Source of the DNA: Macrostomum lignano
Taxonomy: Eukaryota
Assembly: GCA_002269645.1 (NCBI GenBank)
Contig: NIVC01000491.1
Location: forward strand, 1 to 64,000
Direction of reading: 5' to 3'
Length of the DNA: 64,000 nt
Position 1 is the stretch's first letter, and each line of letters begins with the position of its first letter. The notes under the pieces were generated by a model, which worked only from the letters and a program-made list of their open reading frames with translations, searched no databases and was not told where the DNA came from. Shown one piece after another: positions 60,322-64,000 of this stretch. Position numbers and translations under genes: made by a program.

Positions 60322-62399
60322 TTTATAACGCTTTTCTTTGTAGCAAAGATTTGGGACAATAGAAGCTGGGTGACTAAGTCTGTACTTTCCTCTGTTTTCT
60401 GCTCAATTTCTACTTAAATTAATAAGATCGATAAGAGAAGTGGGTGAAAGGCGACACCCTATATATTGAGACTGAGTAAAACTTTGATAATGCTTAGATA
60501 ATAATTAGGCCTTTCACTTCCTTCGCTTTTCTATTCTAATTGAACCAAATAAAGCTTGGGCCCACAAAACCAAAATACGAGCCGAACGCCTCCGGACCAG
60601 CAGGAGATCCGAAGTGTGAAAATTTTATCAGAAAATTGGGGCTGGGTTCAACCCGAGAGGAGGAGGAGGAGGAGGAGGCTAAACAGAGAAGCCTGATTTG
60701 ATTATCAGCTGCGGGCAAGGGTCGGACTGGGGTGCTGTTTTAATTGGCTGTCTGGGGGGGGGGTTTGAAGCGGGGTGGGGTAGGGGTTGGCTTAACCCTT
60801 TGGGCCTGTGTTGGGGTTTTTCTCTTGATAGCTTTTTACTAAAACTAAATACTAAATATTCGGTAGTCTTGAACTAACACATTAGTAGTAGTGTTAAAAA
60901 CTAATGTTGACTTAGAACGAGTTCTATTAAAATAATTTAAGCGCTAGCCCTTTTAATAACTCTGATGATGAGCAAACAGTAAAGTTATTAAAGAAGATTG
61001 GAACCTGAATATTATGTGTGTCCTCCTAATCTAAATCTACAGTTAAATGCAAGCGAGAGAAGGCCGACTGTGTGTGTGTGTCTTCTTTGACGGACAGGCA
61101 AGTGGCCTTGTTTGGGGTGGATGGATTCGGATATAGGGGGCGGGTTTAGCTGACAGGCACTGCTAAGCAAATGCTTCTGCAATCAGCCTGGAGTGTTTGT
61201 GTGTGGTGTGGAGTACCCTAGTGTGAAGAGCTGCAAGGGCTGAGCAACTGAGCAACTGAGCAACTGAGTAGATTACGGGGTGCCTAAAGCCTAACAGTGC
61301 AGTGCCTAATACCGCACAGAGAGAGAGAGAGATTGTCTTGAGCTGTCGAAGCTTTATAGCTGATTGCTGCTGCTGCTGCTGAGACCAAGATTGCTTTATA
61401 ATAGAAGAGTATAAAACTGAGCTTAGGCTCTAGGGAGGGGTGTGAGAGCGGAGGTGGAGAGGGCGGAATTTCGGCAGGCAGTGTCGACCAGGCGCTTGTC
61501 TGCGCGCGCTCGGTGTGGTGGTCCTCTTCTTCTCTTCTGCTGACGTCTCTCTCAGTTAAACAAATTTTGCTGCTCTTCAAATTTCTTCTTCTAGCTATGG
61601 CTTAATACTGCTTGATTATTATTATATCTCTTTATAAGTTATTAGAGACTTCGATTAGTTAGGGTTCGCAACTGCAGACTTGGGCCTCGGTCTGCTAAGG
61701 CCATATACAGACAGACCCGCGGTCAAGAGAACTTCAAGGCAGAGAGTGTCGGTCGGTCGGTCGGTCGGGCACACAGACAGGAGGGGAACTCAATTTGAGC
61801 TAGGCGGGGCATGACTGCGCTTTTCGAAAATGGTTCGGCATATATAAGAAGCAGAAATAAAAAAGAATTTTCCTCCCTCCCTCCTAAGAGAGAAAAAGCA
61901 ACTGGCACCGCGGGGATGGACCTTGCTGGCTTGCCCCGAAAAAAGCATCAATCAGAGGCAAGGACTTTCTTCTCTCGACTGCCCAGAGAGCTTCCAGCAG
62001 AAAATACAATCACTTAGATCAATAAGGAGGAAGCTGATTGTATTAGTGGATACGCCTGGAACCGCCAAAATTGCAATTGGGGTGCTGGGGGTCCAACAGG
62101 CTAGTTAGTTAGTTGGCTTGGTATAAAGAGGATTTCGGAGGAAAAAAAGAAAACGAAGACCTCTCTGCCTCTTCGGCCCTAACGATCCTACCGTCTTTAA
62201 ATCTACTTGCAATCGATAAAATCGTATAAAAGTTAAATTGAACTTGTTGTTTAAAATCCGATTAAATTAGCCGCGTTTTACTACTTACTAGTAGGACATT
62301 TTGGAATTTCGATGGCACCAATTCGTAGGAATTAAGTTTTGTGAATCTTTTAAGGGCATTTTTTCTTAAACTTAAGTTTATAAAGTCAGAGAAAGAAAG

Positions 62400-62822
62400 A
62401 TCAGGAAGGAAATCCAAGTAGGTCAGCAGGAAGGAAGGCCAAATACGTCATCAAGGAAGACCAAGTAGGTCAGGAAGGAAGGAAGGCCAAGTAGGTCAGG
62501 AAGGAAGGAAGGCCAAGTAGGTCAGGAAGGAAGACCAAGTAGGTCAGGAAGGAAAGAAGGCCAAGTAGGTCAGGAAGGAAGGCCAAGTAGGTCAGGAAGG
62601 AAGGAAGACCAAGTAGGTCAGGAAGGAAGACCAAGTAGGTCAGGAAGGAAGGCCATGTAGGTCAGGAAGGAAGACCAAGTAGGTCAGGAAAGAAAGCCAA
62701 GTAGGTCAGGAAGGAAGCCAAGTGGGTCAGGAAGGAAGGAAGACCAAGTAGGTCAGGAAAGAAAGCCAAGTAGGTCAGGAAAGAAAGCCAAGTGGGTCAG
62801 GAAGGAAGCCAAGTGGGTCAGG
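62400..62822. repeat. 22-26-bp minisatellite
   Basis: Unit aggaaggaag(a/g)ccaagtaggtc. Confidence 0.92.
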
Positions 62823-64000
62823 AGAAACAATTAATTGTGTTGTGATTAATGCTACAGCTTGAAGCTCTGGGTCTGTAACTTTATTTGAATAAAAATAGTT
62901 TCAATTCTCAAGCTCAATGACATAAAGCAGCAGCAGCAGCAGGTTTAGTTGAAGCGCCAAGGTATTGAAGGTACTCAGATACTGCCATATCTAATCAGAA
63001 AACTTCGGCGGTACAAGATCAAAGGCTCCAAATGAGAGGTCACGCAGATTTGAATACGAAAGGAATGATAGCTTCAAAAATAAATCTCAACACACACGCC
63101 TATAGAGACTGCTATACATACTTACCAATGAGTCCGAGCTCTTGACAGCTGTAGAGGACAACATTTTATTCCTCAGAAATTTGTTGGTTGGTCTTTGCTT
63201 GAAGAACTTTGGTTGGTAATAAAAGCGTTTGAAAATCGCCTATATAGCAATCAATGCCTTTCTGATCTAAACTGAATATATATGGGCCTATATAGTTGTG
63301 ACGTAATTTGTACAGTTGATGTACACCTGCACTTTGATGCGTGCCGGGCGCGTACACAACACCTCGCTATAGGCTTGTTGGGAATCGATTCAAATAGATA
63401 TATGCAAGCTTTAGACTTTGTAGGAATGCAGGGTGCGGACAACAGCAAGCCTATAGCTATAACCAGCTGAGGGAGGACTGACAGGTCTTCAAATCTATGC
63501 AAACCTAACAACTATCCTAATAAATCATGGACCTGCAGTGCGCGTACTGAGTGGGGTATTGGCTATGCTTACACTCCTATATATCTTAGCTGCCTGCCTC
63601 TTTAGACTAGTTCGTTGGGCTACAAGGAGGCCCCCGGGGTCCTTCCTTTTTAACACAAAAAGACCACGGGAGGGGTTGCGTGGGCCTTTGGAGTGTTAGG
63701 AAGAGAGCGACAGAGAGAGAGAGAGGGGGGGTGGAGGAAGAGAGAAGTGAAGGAGGAAAATGGGCAAGGGAAAGAATTGAAGGGAGGGTCCCAACCCCGC
63801 GTGGAAAGACGGCGATTGTTGTGTGTGTACCGGGCCCACCGGAGTCTGTGGTGGACAAGTCTGGAGGAAATCTCTGAGGTGGGTAAAATCAAGGAGAGAA
63901 GGCCAAGTGGTTGGGAAGAGAGAGAGAGAGAGAGGAGAAAAGGTCGGGAGATTGTGGTGGCCGGAGCTTGGAAACGAAAAGCCGGCCGCCTTCTTCAACC

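Noticed and set aside
60400-64000. Small ORFs upstream of Musashi as RRM1 or separate genes
   Set aside because: None contains RNP1/RNP2 or other recognisable motifs. They are probably UTR, intron or promoter sequence.

Overview
Eukaryotic, repeat-rich animal genomic DNA with spliceosomal introns and TTAGGG repeats. Its style resembles flatworm assemblies such as Macrostomum, but I cannot verify the species. Main content: (1) an apparently intronless ~8.3 kb gene at 2895-11204 (+), broken by small indels. It encodes an animal SecA-like ATPase of about 2,770 aa, with a myristoylation-type N-terminus, coiled coil, SecA motor, TPR, hydrophobic Gly-rich segment and 13 x 41-aa beta-type repeats. 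(2) A dense bZIP/ETS/CCAAT/TATA promoter at 13.6-14.2 kb that points leftwards into an ATG-free exon. (3) A 3-exon MTFP1 gene (16702-25490, +) whose first intron holds a head-to-tail pair of 2416-bp non-autonomous Helitrons. (4) A nearly intact RTE-type LINE (-) capped by a 17-bp satellite. (5) A non-autonomous hAT element with an 8-bp TSD. (6) A Musashi-family gene (-, about 46.7-60.3 kb) of which only the second RRM is visible. (7) More than 20 distinct micro- and minisatellites, roughly a third of the window by my rough tally. Most long ORFs in the supplied track are satellite artefacts. No rRNA, tRNA or CRISPR was seen.
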